Shown piece after piece: positions 1 to 9,246 of a DNA stretch of 64,000 bases. The first letter of the stretch is position 1. Every line of letters begins with the position of its first letter. The DNA lies in the NCBI GenBank assembly GCA_965224705.1, contig OZ245056.1:704001-768000 (forward strand). The letters run 5' to 3'. A program made the translations under genes and the position numbers. The stretch comes from Spirochaetaceae bacterium. Lineage in GTDB: Bacteria; Spirochaetota; Spirochaetia; DSM-2461. The notes beneath the pieces are model-generated. The model was not told the DNA's origin. It made no database searches and saw only the letters and a program-made list of their open reading frames with translations.

Positions 1-316
1 TTGACAACCACTCATCGATGACATCCAGGTTTTCCCCAACAGCGGTCAAAATGGGCTGCCCCGGCCACAGGATTCTGTCTGAAGCCAGCACAGGCAGAGC
101 ACATCCGCCGACTGTGAATTGTTTTGCACCGGGAAGACTCTCTGAAGTGACATAATGAAGGCCGGGGGGCCGGGGGGGAAGTTTCATTCCAGTGATTCGC
201 CCTGTTTTTTTCGACGAGTACAGGGTTCGCCCTTCCAACACCTTTTTCGGTGCATAATCACCGGGTCTTTTGAACTGACCGGAAAACCTGTCCCTGAATT
301 CACCAGCCTCAACCAT
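1..316 (-). CDS. Partial (N-terminal) xanthine dehydrogenase/aldehyde oxidase-family molybdopterin-binding subunit; runs off the window edge
   Basis: Manual translation from the ATG at 316, which overlaps the end of the DegT gene: MVEAGEFRDRFSGQFKRPGDY...GRTLYS...GRITG...PGLHYVTSESLPGAKN...PVLASDRILWPGQPILTAVG. This resembles the hammerhead N-terminal domain. Open to base 1. Confidence 0.55.
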   Translation of the reverse strand, partial: MVEAGEFRDRFSGQFKRPGDYAPKKVLEGRTLYSSKKTGRITGMKLPPRPPGLHYVTSESLPGAKQFTVGGCALPVLASDRILWPGQPILTAVGENLDVIDEWLS

Positions 317-1805
317 GCAGCTCATCCTTTATAATTCTTATAATACGGTTTTGCTCCCGCCTTTTCAGTCCGGGCCAGAGTGGAATCGAAAGCAGTCGAT
401 TTCCCAAATCTTCGGCCGCAGGATAATGGTCGGCATTCAATCGACAGCTTTCCTTCCAATACGTCATACGATGGAGGGGGATGAAATGGACAGAGGTTCC
501 GATTCCTTCCTGATAGAGCCGTTGAGCCAGAGAATCTCTCAGTGCCCCCGTCCTTAATTTCAGCATGTAGAGATGCCATGAATGACCTTTAACATCCTCG
601 GGAAGTTCAAGGTCATCAATACCCTTAAGTTCCTCGCTGTATACACTGGCAAGGTTTCTCCGCAAATTGAGAAGATGGCTGCTTTTCGCCAGTTGAACCC
701 GGCCGATGGCCGCGGCCAGATCCGTCAGATTGTACTTGTAGCCTGGTTCCACAACATCATACTCCCAGGACCGGGCCCCTGCATGATCGGTATATCGATT
801 CCATACGGTACGGTCTATTCCGTGGATTCTCATGCTTTTTATACGCTCATGGTATTTCTCATCACGGCTGACAATCATTCCTCCCTCACCTGTTGTCATT
901 GTTTTTGTAGCGTAGAATGAAAACACACCCATATCGCCCAGAGTACCGGCAAAGCCTTCATCAGTACAGGAGGGAAAAGCATGAGCAGCATCTTCGACAA
1001 TGCTGGTAGAAGCGGATACAGCGTCTCGAATGGCATTGATATCGCATGGACAACCAGCCAGATGAACAGGTATGACAGCTTTCAGGCCCTGACTGACTTT
1101 GTTCAGAGCCTCAGGATCCATGTTGCCGTTTCCAGGGTGAGAATCGATGAAAACAGGCTCTGCTCCAAGATATCGTATAACGGCTGCCGTTGAGGTAAAA
1201 GTCAGGGAGGGAACGGCCACCCTGTCCCCGGGACCAATTCCCAGGGCCTTCAAAGCCAGATGAAGTCCTGCTGTGGCAGAATTTACGGCAGCAGCCCACA
1301 GCGGCTGCCGAGGATTATCACCTTTGAGGAATAAAGAAAACTCTTCTTCAAATAGTGCCGTCTCTGAGCCAGTCGTTAACCAGCCGCTTTTGATGACTCG
1401 CCTGGCAGCAGAGATTTCTTTCCGTCCAAGATGGGGTTTGAAGAAGGGGATGGACAGCCCAGGAGTCTGTCGGACTTTAAGACTTCGAGGCGATTTTTGA
1501 TGATTTTTTCCTGATGCAAGGCGACAAAAACGGAGCGCAGCTGGGCTGCGTGAGTATTTTGGCAACGCAGCAGCAGGGAAAAAGGGCAAAAATCGAGCCG
1601 TGAGGCGTAAGTCCGACAGGCTCCCAGGAGTCTGTCGGACTTTAAGACTTCGAGGCGATTTTCGATGATTTTTTCCTGATGCAAGGCGACAAAAACGGAG
1701 CGTAGCTGGGATACGTGAGTATTTTGGCAACGCAGCAGCAGGGAAAAAGGGCAAAAATCGAGCCGTGAGGCGTAAGTCCGACAGACTCCTAGTATTCCGG
1801 CTCAT
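309..1805 (-). CDS. DegT/DnrJ/EryC1/StrS PLP-dependent sugar aminotransferase with a 110-aa N-terminal insertion derived from a repeat
   Basis: IPFFKP, NSATAGLHLAL, VEDAAHA, FSFYATKTMTTGEGG (PLP lysine) and GYKYNL motifs. The only plausible start is the ATG at 1805 overlapping the upstream gene's end; no ATG/GTG/TTG lies just before IPFFKP. Confidence 0.9.
   Translation of the reverse strand: MSRNTRSLSDLRLTARFLPFFPAAALPKYSRIPATLRFCRLASGKNHRKSPRSLKVRQTPGSLSDLRLTARFLPFFPAAALPKYSRSPAALRFCRLASGKNHQKSPRSLKVRQTPGLSIPFFKPHLGRKEISAARRVIKSGWLTTGSETALFEEEFSLFLKGDNPRQPLWAAAVNSATAGLHLALKALGIGPGDRVAVPSLTFTSTAAVIRYLGAEPVFIDSHPGNGNMDPEALNKVSQGLKAVIPVHLAGCPCDINAIRDAVSASTSIVEDAAHAFPSCTDEGFAGTLGDMGVFSFYATKTMTTGEGGMIVSRDEKYHERIKSMRIHGIDRTVWNRYTDHAGARSWEYDVVEPGYKYNLTDLAAAIGRVQLAKSSHLLNLRRNLASVYSEELKGIDDLELPEDVKGHSWHLYMLKLRTGALRDSLAQRLYQEGIGTSVHFIPLHRMTYWKESCRLNADHYPAAEDLGNRLLSIPLWPGLKRREQNRIIRIIKDELHG
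1461..1790. repeat. Two tandem 165-bp palindromic elements (family A; MITE/RPE-like)
   Basis: Copies at 1461-1625 and 1626-1790 are nearly identical. The 17-bp terminal inverted repeat AGGAGTCTGTCGGACTT...AAGTCCGACAGACTCCT is perfect in copy 2. Confidence 0.97.
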
Positions 1806-3258
1806 TTTCAGGGGCCCTGACAGTTGAAAAATACTGGTTGATAAGCCGACGAAGTTCATGACGGTTGCGGAATACTCCCTTTTTATCCTCATGAAGAAAG
1901 ACAATGGGTTCAAGAGATTCAAGAATCTGATCAACATTTATATGAGCACTGGCCGGAAAGTGAACCTTGACTATACGCGGGTATTCTGTTTTCTTCGGAC
2001 TCTCATCAATCGACCAGAGGCATTCCATCTTCTTCTCGCCAGGCCGCATACCTGTAAAAATGATGGGAATAGTGTCTTCATCATATCCGTAAAACTCTAT
2101 CATCTGCCTGGCAAAGTCAACAATCCGCACAGGTTCACCCATGTCCAGGAGGTATAGACCTCCATCGGCTGCCAGACCCGCTGTCTTCAGAACCAGACTG
2201 ATCGCCTCAGGGATGGTCATGAACCACCTGCGGGCATCGGGATGGGTTACGGTAACAGGACCGCCGGAAAAAATCTGATTCTTGAAGAGGGGCATAATGC
2301 TTCCCCGTGAGCCAAGAACATTCCCAAAACGGACAACTGTAAACTCACGGCCAGCCTCCCTCTTGGATAGAACAATCATCTCTGCAATTCGTTTACTGAC
2401 GCCGTAAACGGAAGATGGTTCCACAGCCTTATCGGTGGAAATAAGTACGAATCGTTCCGTACCCGCATTGATGGCTGCTTCAACAAGATTTCGTGTTCCC
2501 ATTACATTGTTCTTCATCACTTCAATTGGATTGTGCTCCATCATGGGAACATGCTTGTGGGCTGCTCCGTGAAAAACAATATCCGCTTTCAATCGCCCGA
2601 GCAGAAAATTGACGTAATGCTTATCCTGAAGTTCTCCAATAACTGGAATAATTGTTGCTTTTTCTCCAACCCCGGCATCCTGGAGGCGTTTGATTTCCCG
2701 CTGAATGTTCCAGATACTGTTTTCACCATGTCCAAGAAGGTAGAGGCGTTCAGCTCCGCCATAGAGAAGCTGGCGTGAGAGTTCACTTCCAATACTCCCG
2801 CCTGCACCTGTTACAAGAACCCGCCTCCCCCGGACATAGGATAAGCTTTCCTTCAGATCAATAAGAACAGGTTCACGGCCCAATAAATCCTGGGGATCCA
2901 TGTCCCTTGCCTGAACAATGTGTGGAGCCGCGGAAACAATCTGGCTGATCGGAGGAAGTATTCTGATGCGCTGAAAATTCGCCTCCCTTAGAATTCGATG
3001 AACCTCAGAGAGCCTTTTTCTTGACTCGGAAGGCAGGGCTATCAATACTTCCGCATCCTGACCGCTGTCAAGAATCCCCACACAAGAATCAATTGGCCCA
3101 AAAACGGGGATATTATCGATCATTGTACCGATTGTTTCCCTGTCATCATCCAGAAAGGCGACAACATGACTGTTGAAGCTGTTTTCCTGGATTTCCCGGG
3201 CTATAGATTGTGCGTATTGTCCTGCACCGACAATATAGATTCGATTGCCCTTGACCAT
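1789..3258 (-). CDS. Nucleoside-diphosphate sugar 4,6-dehydratase (CapD/PglF family, no N-terminal membrane domain)
   Basis: VTGAGGSIGSEL, HGAAHKHVP, ISTDKAVEPSSVYGVSKR, VRFGNVLGSRGS and GMRPGEK motifs. Confidence 0.92.
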   Translation of the reverse strand: MVKGNRIYIVGAGQYAQSIAREIQENSFNSHVVAFLDDDRETIGTMIDNIPVFGPIDSCVGILDSGQDAEVLIALPSESRKRLSEVHRILREANFQRIRILPPISQIVSAAPHIVQARDMDPQDLLGREPVLIDLKESLSYVRGRRVLVTGAGGSIGSELSRQLLYGGAERLYLLGHGENSIWNIQREIKRLQDAGVGEKATIIPVIGELQDKHYVNFLLGRLKADIVFHGAAHKHVPMMEHNPIEVMKNNVMGTRNLVEAAINAGTERFVLISTDKAVEPSSVYGVSKRIAEMIVLSKREAGREFTVVRFGNVLGSRGSIMPLFKNQIFSGGPVTVTHPDARRWFMTIPEAISLVLKTAGLAADGGLYLLDMGEPVRIVDFARQMIEFYGYDEDTIPIIFTGMRPGEKKMECLWSIDESPKKTEYPRIVKVHFPASAHINVDQILESLEPIVFLHEDKKGVFRNRHELRRLINQYFSTVRAPENEPEY

Positions 3259-3341
3259 TCCGACAATGTAGCATTGAATTGGTGTCAGGGGAAGTGTAAA
3301 CCTGTTCTCATTTTATTCCCGGAGTATCCGAAACTAATGAT

Positions 3342-3815
3342 ATGAGCAATTTCAAGATACTTACTATCAGTCTCTTTTTGCTGACTGGCAGCGTTCTGAC
3401 GGTATGGTCGGAGTCATTATTAATAGCAACTCATATCCGGATGCCTCTGAAATCAATGGATAGAAATGAAATGGTAAAAGTCTCTTCAATGGAATCAGGC
3501 ATTATGGAAACATTGTTCGATGATGGTCATGTATTCTTTAACATCTACAATCACCCGAAGGCAGATGGGGAGAGCATGACAACTGAAAACCTTATATCGA
3601 TGTCCGGAAAGCTTGATTCTGACTATCTTCTGGAGTTGATCCCGGATGAGTCGGGGACAGTTTGGAATCTGTACAGAACCAGTAACTCAAGACGACTGAT
3701 AGAAAACCATGAAAACATATCTCAAGTTGACGATAGTTATAATTTCGAAAAGCGTTGGTATGCATTGGGTCAAATTCTGGGTAGAGCCGTAACTGACGCT
3801 ATTACCGTTCATTGA
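3342..3815 (+). CDS. Hypothetical exported protein
   Basis: 157-aa ORF with a signal-peptide-like N-terminus, upstream of the SPOR gene. Confidence 0.65.
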   Translation: MSNFKILTISLFLLTGSVLTVWSESLLIATHIRMPLKSMDRNEMVKVSSMESGIMETLFDDGHVFFNIYNHPKADGESMTTENLISMSGKLDSDYLLELIPDESGTVWNLYRTSNSRRLIENHENISQVDDSYNFEKRWYALGQILGRAVTDAITVH

Positions 3816-3831
3816 ATCGGAGGTAGTAGAC

Positions 3832-5472
3832 ATGAAAAAAATTCTCACGGTCTTCCTTCTTATAATGACTGGCACTTCCATCAGTACAGGAAGTGAAATC
3901 ACATTGGAAGCCATTGTTGGAAATGGCTCCAAATTTCCTGGCGTGTCCACAAACATGCGTGTTATGTCCAATTCCTTTCCTCCGGGAACCATGCTGCAGG
4001 TAACAAAACTTGGAAGTGAGGCGAGCGTTGAAGTTGAAGTTGTCAGTCGGCACACCCTGTCAGCCATGCACATACTGATTGAAGAATCGGCGGCGGCGGC
4101 AATCGGCTTACCAAAAGATCGGCCGTTTCCTGTACTGGTCGCGCCGATATCCAATACTCAGGTATCCAGGCCGTTACCATTTCAGAGTTACGATTATCTT
4201 ACCAGTCGGGATCCCGACATAAACCCCACGGCCGAATCGTACATGCTGGGAATCGAGTCCACCCCTCCGGCAGCCGCTGATGTGGATGAGGATCCCCCCC
4301 AGGTTCAGTTAGTTGAGCCTGTAGAGGATTCTTCGGATGAGGAACACATCGACGTTGCTGAAGACACAAGCGATGAATCAGTCAGTGATATTCCAGTGGA
4401 ACCTCCATTCGTTGAAGATGAACTGGTTGATGCCGCATTAGATGAACCCGATAAAACTGATTCTGATATGGACTCCTATCCTTCTTCCCTCCTGGATGTC
4501 CATGAGGGATTTGAAGGCGAATTGGCCGAAGAACCGGTTGACGAATACAGAGATGAAATTGCAGGAGAATATGCCGAGTTTTCTTCTGAAGACACGACAG
4601 AAGACAAAACCCTGCTCCCTCCTGTCGCAAGTGTTCCCCCCTATGATGATATCTCAGATATTGATCCAAACCCGGTTCCTGTATTCGATCTGTCAGAAAA
4701 CGATGAACCGGAAATTTCGGAACCGGAAACCGATGAGGACGATCCGCCTGTTATGGATGATGAGACATTTGAATCACACCCACTTTTCACAGACGGCAGT
4801 CCCATCATTGCAGAGGATGAATTATTCCTGACTGATGATAGCAATGCAGGCGAAGAGACTGAACCCCTGATTGATGATGACAGTCTCTATTCTGATAATG
4901 AGGAGCCCTTCCTCGTGAAAGATAACTCAACGATTCTGGACGATGATGATATTGAGAACAAAGAGTTTTTCCTGACTGCAGCAGAACTCAGTCCACCCGA
5001 TCCCGTAGAAACTTCGGAATGGGATGATGATGGACCGGATGACAATGAATCATTCATAGACGATAGTTTACTGTCTGATACAGATCCCCTGACAGACCCA
5101 CTGACAGACCCACTGACAGACCCACTGACAGACCCACTGGTTGACACGGCAATCATCGTCGACAAAGCACCAGTTACGGACGATACAATGCTGTTTGATG
5201 AATGGGGAGAAAAGCATGGATTGAATCAAGTTGCTCCAGGCACAAACAAGTACTATGTGCAAATCGGTGCATACAATGACATCAATGTAATGAAAGATAC
5301 GATTGACCGAATAAAAATGAACTCACCAGAGTACCCATTGAGCTATAAAAGGAATGAAGAAGGTACAATCTATCGTCTGTTGATCGGGCCCCTCTTTTCA
5401 GCCGAAAAAGCTGTGGTCTTACGGACGATCCATGCCACGATATCTCCAGATGCATTTCATTACTCACCATAA
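3832..5472 (+). CDS. SPOR-domain protein with an RlpA-like N-terminal barrel and a long acidic linker
   Basis: GGAGG RBS, signal peptide, SNSFPPGT...AAAAIG N-domain, Asp/Glu/Pro-rich linker, C-terminal YYVQIGAY...YRLLIGP SPOR motif. Confidence 0.8.
   Translation: MKKILTVFLLIMTGTSISTGSEITLEAIVGNGSKFPGVSTNMRVMSNSFPPGTMLQVTKLGSEASVEVEVVSRHTLSAMHILIEESAAAAIGLPKDRPFPVLVAPISNTQVSRPLPFQSYDYLTSRDPDINPTAESYMLGIESTPPAAADVDEDPPQVQLVEPVEDSSDEEHIDVAEDTSDESVSDIPVEPPFVEDELVDAALDEPDKTDSDMDSYPSSLLDVHEGFEGELAEEPVDEYRDEIAGEYAEFSSEDTTEDKTLLPPVASVPPYDDISDIDPNPVPVFDLSENDEPEISEPETDEDDPPVMDDETFESHPLFTDGSPIIAEDELFLTDDSNAGEETEPLIDDDSLYSDNEEPFLVKDNSTILDDDDIENKEFFLTAAELSPPDPVETSEWDDDGPDDNESFIDDSLLSDTDPLTDPLTDPLTDPLTDPLVDTAIIVDKAPVTDDTMLFDEWGEKHGLNQVAPGTNKYYVQIGAYNDINVMKDTIDRIKMNSPEYPLSYKRNEEGTIYRLLIGPLFSAEKAVVLRTIHATISPDAFHYSP
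5080..5139 (+). repeat. In-frame 12-bp tandem repeat (ACAGACCCACTG x5) encoding (TDPL)5
   Basis: Four exact units plus one variant unit, directly visible. Confidence 0.95.
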
Positions 5473-5510
5473 CCTGTTGATAGAGACCCATGTTCGGGAA
5501 GAAAATTACT

Positions 5511-5580
5511 GTGTCAGGAAGCCTGTTGATTGGAATAATTGCTCTCATTAGAAAGATTAACATACTATGGAACAGTATTA
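5511..5580. repeat. Half copy of family B inverted-repeat element
   Basis: GTGTCAGGAAGCCTGTTGATTGGAATAATTG...AACAGTATTA aligns with the reverse complement of the right end of 34561-34781. Confidence 0.7.
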
Positions 5581-6258
5581 CGAAACAGACTCCCAACAGA
5601 GATGGATTCCAAATTCTCGGGGAATCTCAATTCTCTCAGAACCATCCCGGCAGAGGATATATTCCTGAGAATGCTCCACTCCTGTTAAAACCTTCCCTGG
5701 CTGTATTCCCTTTTCAAAACAAAACGGCAGTAATCCGGGAAAGAGCTCACCTTCCTCGGTGATTCTTAAGATGCAGATATCTGAGCCATCGGCAGCATCT
5801 ATCAATTTTGGGGCATTCAGGTATCTCTTTTCCAGGGGAGAACCGGGCAGGGGATTGCCATGGGGGCAGGTTTGAGGACTGCCCAATTGTTTCTCAAGAT
5901 GCTCGATGAAGTCATCAGAGACGACTGTCTGCAATGATGAAGCCTCATCATCACATTTGTCCCAGGGATAGCCAAGTACATTCGACAGCAGGTGTTCCAG
6001 GAGCACATGACGATGAACAATGATTTCAGCAATCTTCCGGCCGGATTGTGTCAGGCAGATAACATCATACTTTTTCTGACTCACAAGATTGAGCTTCTTC
6101 AACCGTTTAACAGCCTGAGTGACTGCTGGGCGAGAAACTTTGAGTCGATCGGCCAGAATGGCATTCGGGACTGAGCCATTATCCCTTTCAATAAAGAAAA
6201 TCTGTGCAAGGTATTCAGCAGCGACTGGAGATTGAGACTTAAGATCATTCAGGTTCAA
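5578..6258 (-). CDS. DtxR/MntR/TroR-family metal-dependent repressor with a C-terminal FeoA-like domain
   Basis: EYL..IF, LKVSRPAVTQAVKRL HTH, HRHVLLEHLL and PQTCPHGNPLP motifs; TTG start. Confidence 0.9.
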   Translation of the reverse strand: MNLNDLKSQSPVAAEYLAQIFFIERDNGSVPNAILADRLKVSRPAVTQAVKRLKKLNLVSQKKYDVICLTQSGRKIAEIIVHRHVLLEHLLSNVLGYPWDKCDDEASSLQTVVSDDFIEHLEKQLGSPQTCPHGNPLPGSPLEKRYLNAPKLIDAADGSDICILRITEEGELFPGLLPFCFEKGIQPGKVLTGVEHSQEYILCRDGSERIEIPREFGIHLCWESVS

Positions 6259-6402
6259 TTCCTGCTCCCATATTGCATCATCTATTTGTCTACTCTGATT
6301 CGACTTCCCATATTACCTCATCCTGTGAATATATGCAAGTTCAAAAATCACAGAGCTGTTTACGCATCTTGACCATCCTGCCGTCGATGTCAAAAATATG
6401 AA

Positions 6403-7473
6403 ATGCTCTATCCCCCAGGATCACCGCATAACTACCTCCACCCTGGAAATATCGCCGTCATGATACTCCTCATAATGAGTATTTCCTGCACCAGACAAAG
6501 CGTCTCCGGGAACTACATTGAGCAAAGTCAATTTCTTCTTGATACAGTTACAACAATAAAAATCTACGATTACAGGGATGAGAAACTCTTAACAGATGCA
6601 TTCGACAGAATTGCCGCCTTAGAAAGAGAACTGAGCCGCTATCATTCCGAGAGTGAGGTCTCAGAAATAAACAATGCGGATGCGGGAACTCTGGTCAAGA
6701 TTGGAGACAATGTAATTCAGATTCTGGGTGCAGCTGTTCGATACGCAGAGCTTTCAGGGGGAGCCTTTGATCCCTCAATTGGGCCTCTGGTTGATCTCTG
6801 GGGATTCGGCAGAGAAAATCCTCAGATACCCGATACTCAAGAATTAAACAAGGTCCTTCCCCTGGTCAACTTCAGAGAAATTCATATCAATTCTGAAACT
6901 GAGGAAGCAGGTTTTAATAAACCAGGAATGAAACTTGATTTAGGGGGAATTACAAAGGGCTGGATAGCAGATGAAATTGCCCGCTACCTCATCGACAATG
7001 GAGCTGAACACTTCATCATCGATCTTGGAGGAAATGTAAGGCTGGCTGGAGGTAAACCCGGCGGCACAAACTTTGTCATTGGTTTGCAGGATCCCTTTAA
7101 CGACAGGGGCAGTTACCTTGGTTTATTGACCCTGAAAGAAGGCTCCATCATTACTTCGGGTGTGTATGAACGGTATTTCGAAATTGATGGAATTCGCTAT
7201 CATCACATTCTGGATACAAAAACCGGTTATCCGGTGGAAAACATGCTTGCCTCAGTCACAATAATCAGTCCTTATTCCATGGATGGCGATGCTCTTTCAA
7301 CAGCCATTTTCGCTCTGGGTCTGCAGGCTGGATTGGAAATTGTAATGGATCTGGAAAACATTGAGGCCGTATTCATTACCAGGCAGAAAAACATAATTGT
7401 CACGCCCGCCATTGCCTCATCTTTTGAAGCTGAAGAGGGGATTTCAGTACAGATTCATTCTGAATGGGAATGA
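6403..7473 (+). CDS. apbE: FAD:protein FMN transferase (ApbE/Ftp), lipoprotein
   Basis: Lipobox-like SISC; GAFDPSIGPLVDLWG, LDLGGITKGW, IDLGGN, TSGVYERYF, HHILD..TGYP and DALSTA motifs. Confidence 0.95.
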   Translation: MLYPPGSPHNYLHPGNIAVMILLIMSISCTRQSVSGNYIEQSQFLLDTVTTIKIYDYRDEKLLTDAFDRIAALERELSRYHSESEVSEINNADAGTLVKIGDNVIQILGAAVRYAELSGGAFDPSIGPLVDLWGFGRENPQIPDTQELNKVLPLVNFREIHINSETEEAGFNKPGMKLDLGGITKGWIADEIARYLIDNGAEHFIIDLGGNVRLAGGKPGGTNFVIGLQDPFNDRGSYLGLLTLKEGSIITSGVYERYFEIDGIRYHHILDTKTGYPVENMLASVTIISPYSMDGDALSTAIFALGLQAGLEIVMDLENIEAVFITRQKNIIVTPAIASSFEAEEGISVQIHSEWE

Positions 7474-7519
7474 AACCAGGCAGTACATCCTGTATCAGGA
7501 GCCGCATCCCTCTTCCATG

Positions 7520-8509
7520 CTAAAGATGCACACCAAAAAAGAGAATGAAAGCTAAAAGAGTCCGCTGTTCGTTTGCTTCATTAAACCCCCACCAGTCAAG
7601 TCTTGCTCCTGTATGAATATTCTTAAAACGCCAGGCGATATCGACTTTATAGTGAACACTTTCAATCAATTGCACCCCAACGGTACTATGAACACGAATC
7701 CCGGCACTGAAAACCAGATTCTCCAATCCAGAAACCTCAAAGAGATGATACAGAAGAGGATCCGCAATCCAGAGGCCAAGGTACAATCCGAAATTATTAC
7801 CGACAGTGTGAGTTTCAAGATTCTTGCTTGAGTGCAGAGAAGCTCCAAAATCAAGGCCGATTTCCAGCCGTGATGATTGACTTTCCGCCAGAAATCCCCT
7901 GAGGTTTATTCCCAGATCAAGCGTGTTAAATAACAGTGTGGGTTCAGAAGGCATCCATGAGTAACCCGAACTGCGGAAATTGAACCCTGGACTTCGCCCG
8001 AGAACCGGCAGCCAATAGCGTAGATCCACCCCCAACGCAGAACCAATAAACACATCAAAAGACGACCAGGTGTTCCTTATCCTGCTGATAACAGGATCAT
8101 TGACAAATAAAGATAGGTTTAAATCTCCACGGAATTGATCTCGAAACTGACCAGGATCACGGCGGATTCCCTGCTCATCTCTCTCAATGACAAACTTGGG
8201 AGTATCCTGGTCATCACGATCTTTATCGGGAGATTCATTCTCTACCGGGAGTTCTCGCCCCTCATCCAGGGCTTTCAGGTCATTGATGGAAGTCCTGTAG
8301 GATTGAATTCTTACATCATCCGGGTCTATTAATTCTGCCTGATCCAGTGCAGACAATGCTCCGTTCCAGTCCCCATCAGCGGCAAGATTCAAGGCCTGTT
8401 CCAACAATCGATCCAGTTCAGAACCAGCTTCTTCATCGACTGCTGTTTGGGCACTCAAAAGTTGAGTCACACCGGAGAACAGGATGACAGCCAGGATGAT
8501 ATCCTTCAT
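7520..8509 (-). CDS. Hypothetical exported protein: N-terminal TPR and possible C-terminal beta-barrel
   Basis: GAGG RBS before ATG 8509, signal peptide, TPR-like helix pair, alternating beta-strand pattern in the C-terminal half. Confidence 0.6.
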   Translation of the reverse strand: MKDIILAVILFSGVTQLLSAQTAVDEEAGSELDRLLEQALNLAADGDWNGALSALDQAELIDPDDVRIQSYRTSINDLKALDEGRELPVENESPDKDRDDQDTPKFVIERDEQGIRRDPGQFRDQFRGDLNLSLFVNDPVISRIRNTWSSFDVFIGSALGVDLRYWLPVLGRSPGFNFRSSGYSWMPSEPTLLFNTLDLGINLRGFLAESQSSRLEIGLDFGASLHSSKNLETHTVGNNFGLYLGLWIADPLLYHLFEVSGLENLVFSAGIRVHSTVGVQLIESVHYKVDIAWRFKNIHTGARLDWWGFNEANEQRTLLAFILFFGVHL

Positions 8510-8517
8510 TATTTTCC

Positions 8518-9246
8518 TCAATGCGATACCTGACGAAGTGTGTTCCACAAGATGGATTCAGGAAAGTCTGGAAATAAAGAGGCCCAGGAGCCGATCACTG
8601 TTCTTTCCTGCAGTGCATTTTGAAGAACGCCCAGAAAAACTTCTCTCGACATGATTGAAGCACCAAAAGAAGCAAGATGAGGTGTTGGCTGCTGGCAGTC
8701 AATCAGGCCGAAACCTGCATCCTGGAGAAATCCAACAAGAGCAGTAAAGGCAATTTTCGATGCATCTGTTTCCCGATGAAACATTGATTCACCGCAGAAA
8801 CACCCTCCAAGCGACACCCCGTATAACCCACCAGCAAGTTTGCCATCGTCGTTCCAGGATTCCACCGAATGGGCATATCCCAGCTCATGAAGTTTGCAGT
8901 ACGCATCCACCATATCATTTGTTATCCAGGTTCCATCCTGATCTGGTCTGTAGACTTCCCGGCAGCTCAGAATCACCTTCTCAAAATCACAGTCCAGAGT
9001 TAATTCATACGAGCTTTTCCTGATACTCCTTTCAAGTCTTCTCGATATTCTTATCTTCGAAGGAATCAAAACAGCTCTGTTAAACAGCGACCACCAGATG
9101 ACAGGTTGTCCATCATTATACCAGGGGAAGATACCATTCCTGTAGGCTTCAAGCAGGGTGGCAGGTGAAAGATCACCTCCTATCGCAACAATTTCGCTCT
9201 GAACGCTGAGTGGATCAGGGAAAAAGCCCCCCAATTCAAGCAGCAT
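8518..9246 (-). CDS. aat: Leucyl/phenylalanyl-tRNA-protein transferase
   Basis: GGDLS..LLEAYRNGIFPW, GTWIT, AHSVESW, GESMFH..DASKIA and IDCQ motifs. Confidence 0.97.
   Translation of the reverse strand: MLLELGGFFPDPLSVQSEIVAIGGDLSPATLLEAYRNGIFPWYNDGQPVIWWSLFNRAVLIPSKIRISRRLERSIRKSSYELTLDCDFEKVILSCREVYRPDQDGTWITNDMVDAYCKLHELGYAHSVESWNDDGKLAGGLYGVSLGGCFCGESMFHRETDASKIAFTALVGFLQDAGFGLIDCQQPTPHLASFGASIMSREVFLGVLQNALQERTVIGSWASLFPDFPESILWNTLRQVSH

Noticed and set aside
1461..1790. Tandem repeat as a CRISPR array
   Set aside because: Units are 165 bp, contiguous and without unique spacers; no cas genes are in the window.
1806..1937. ORF-track start of the DegT gene at 1937
   Set aside because: Overlaps the dehydratase by about 150 bp in another frame; ATG 1805 is more parsimonious.
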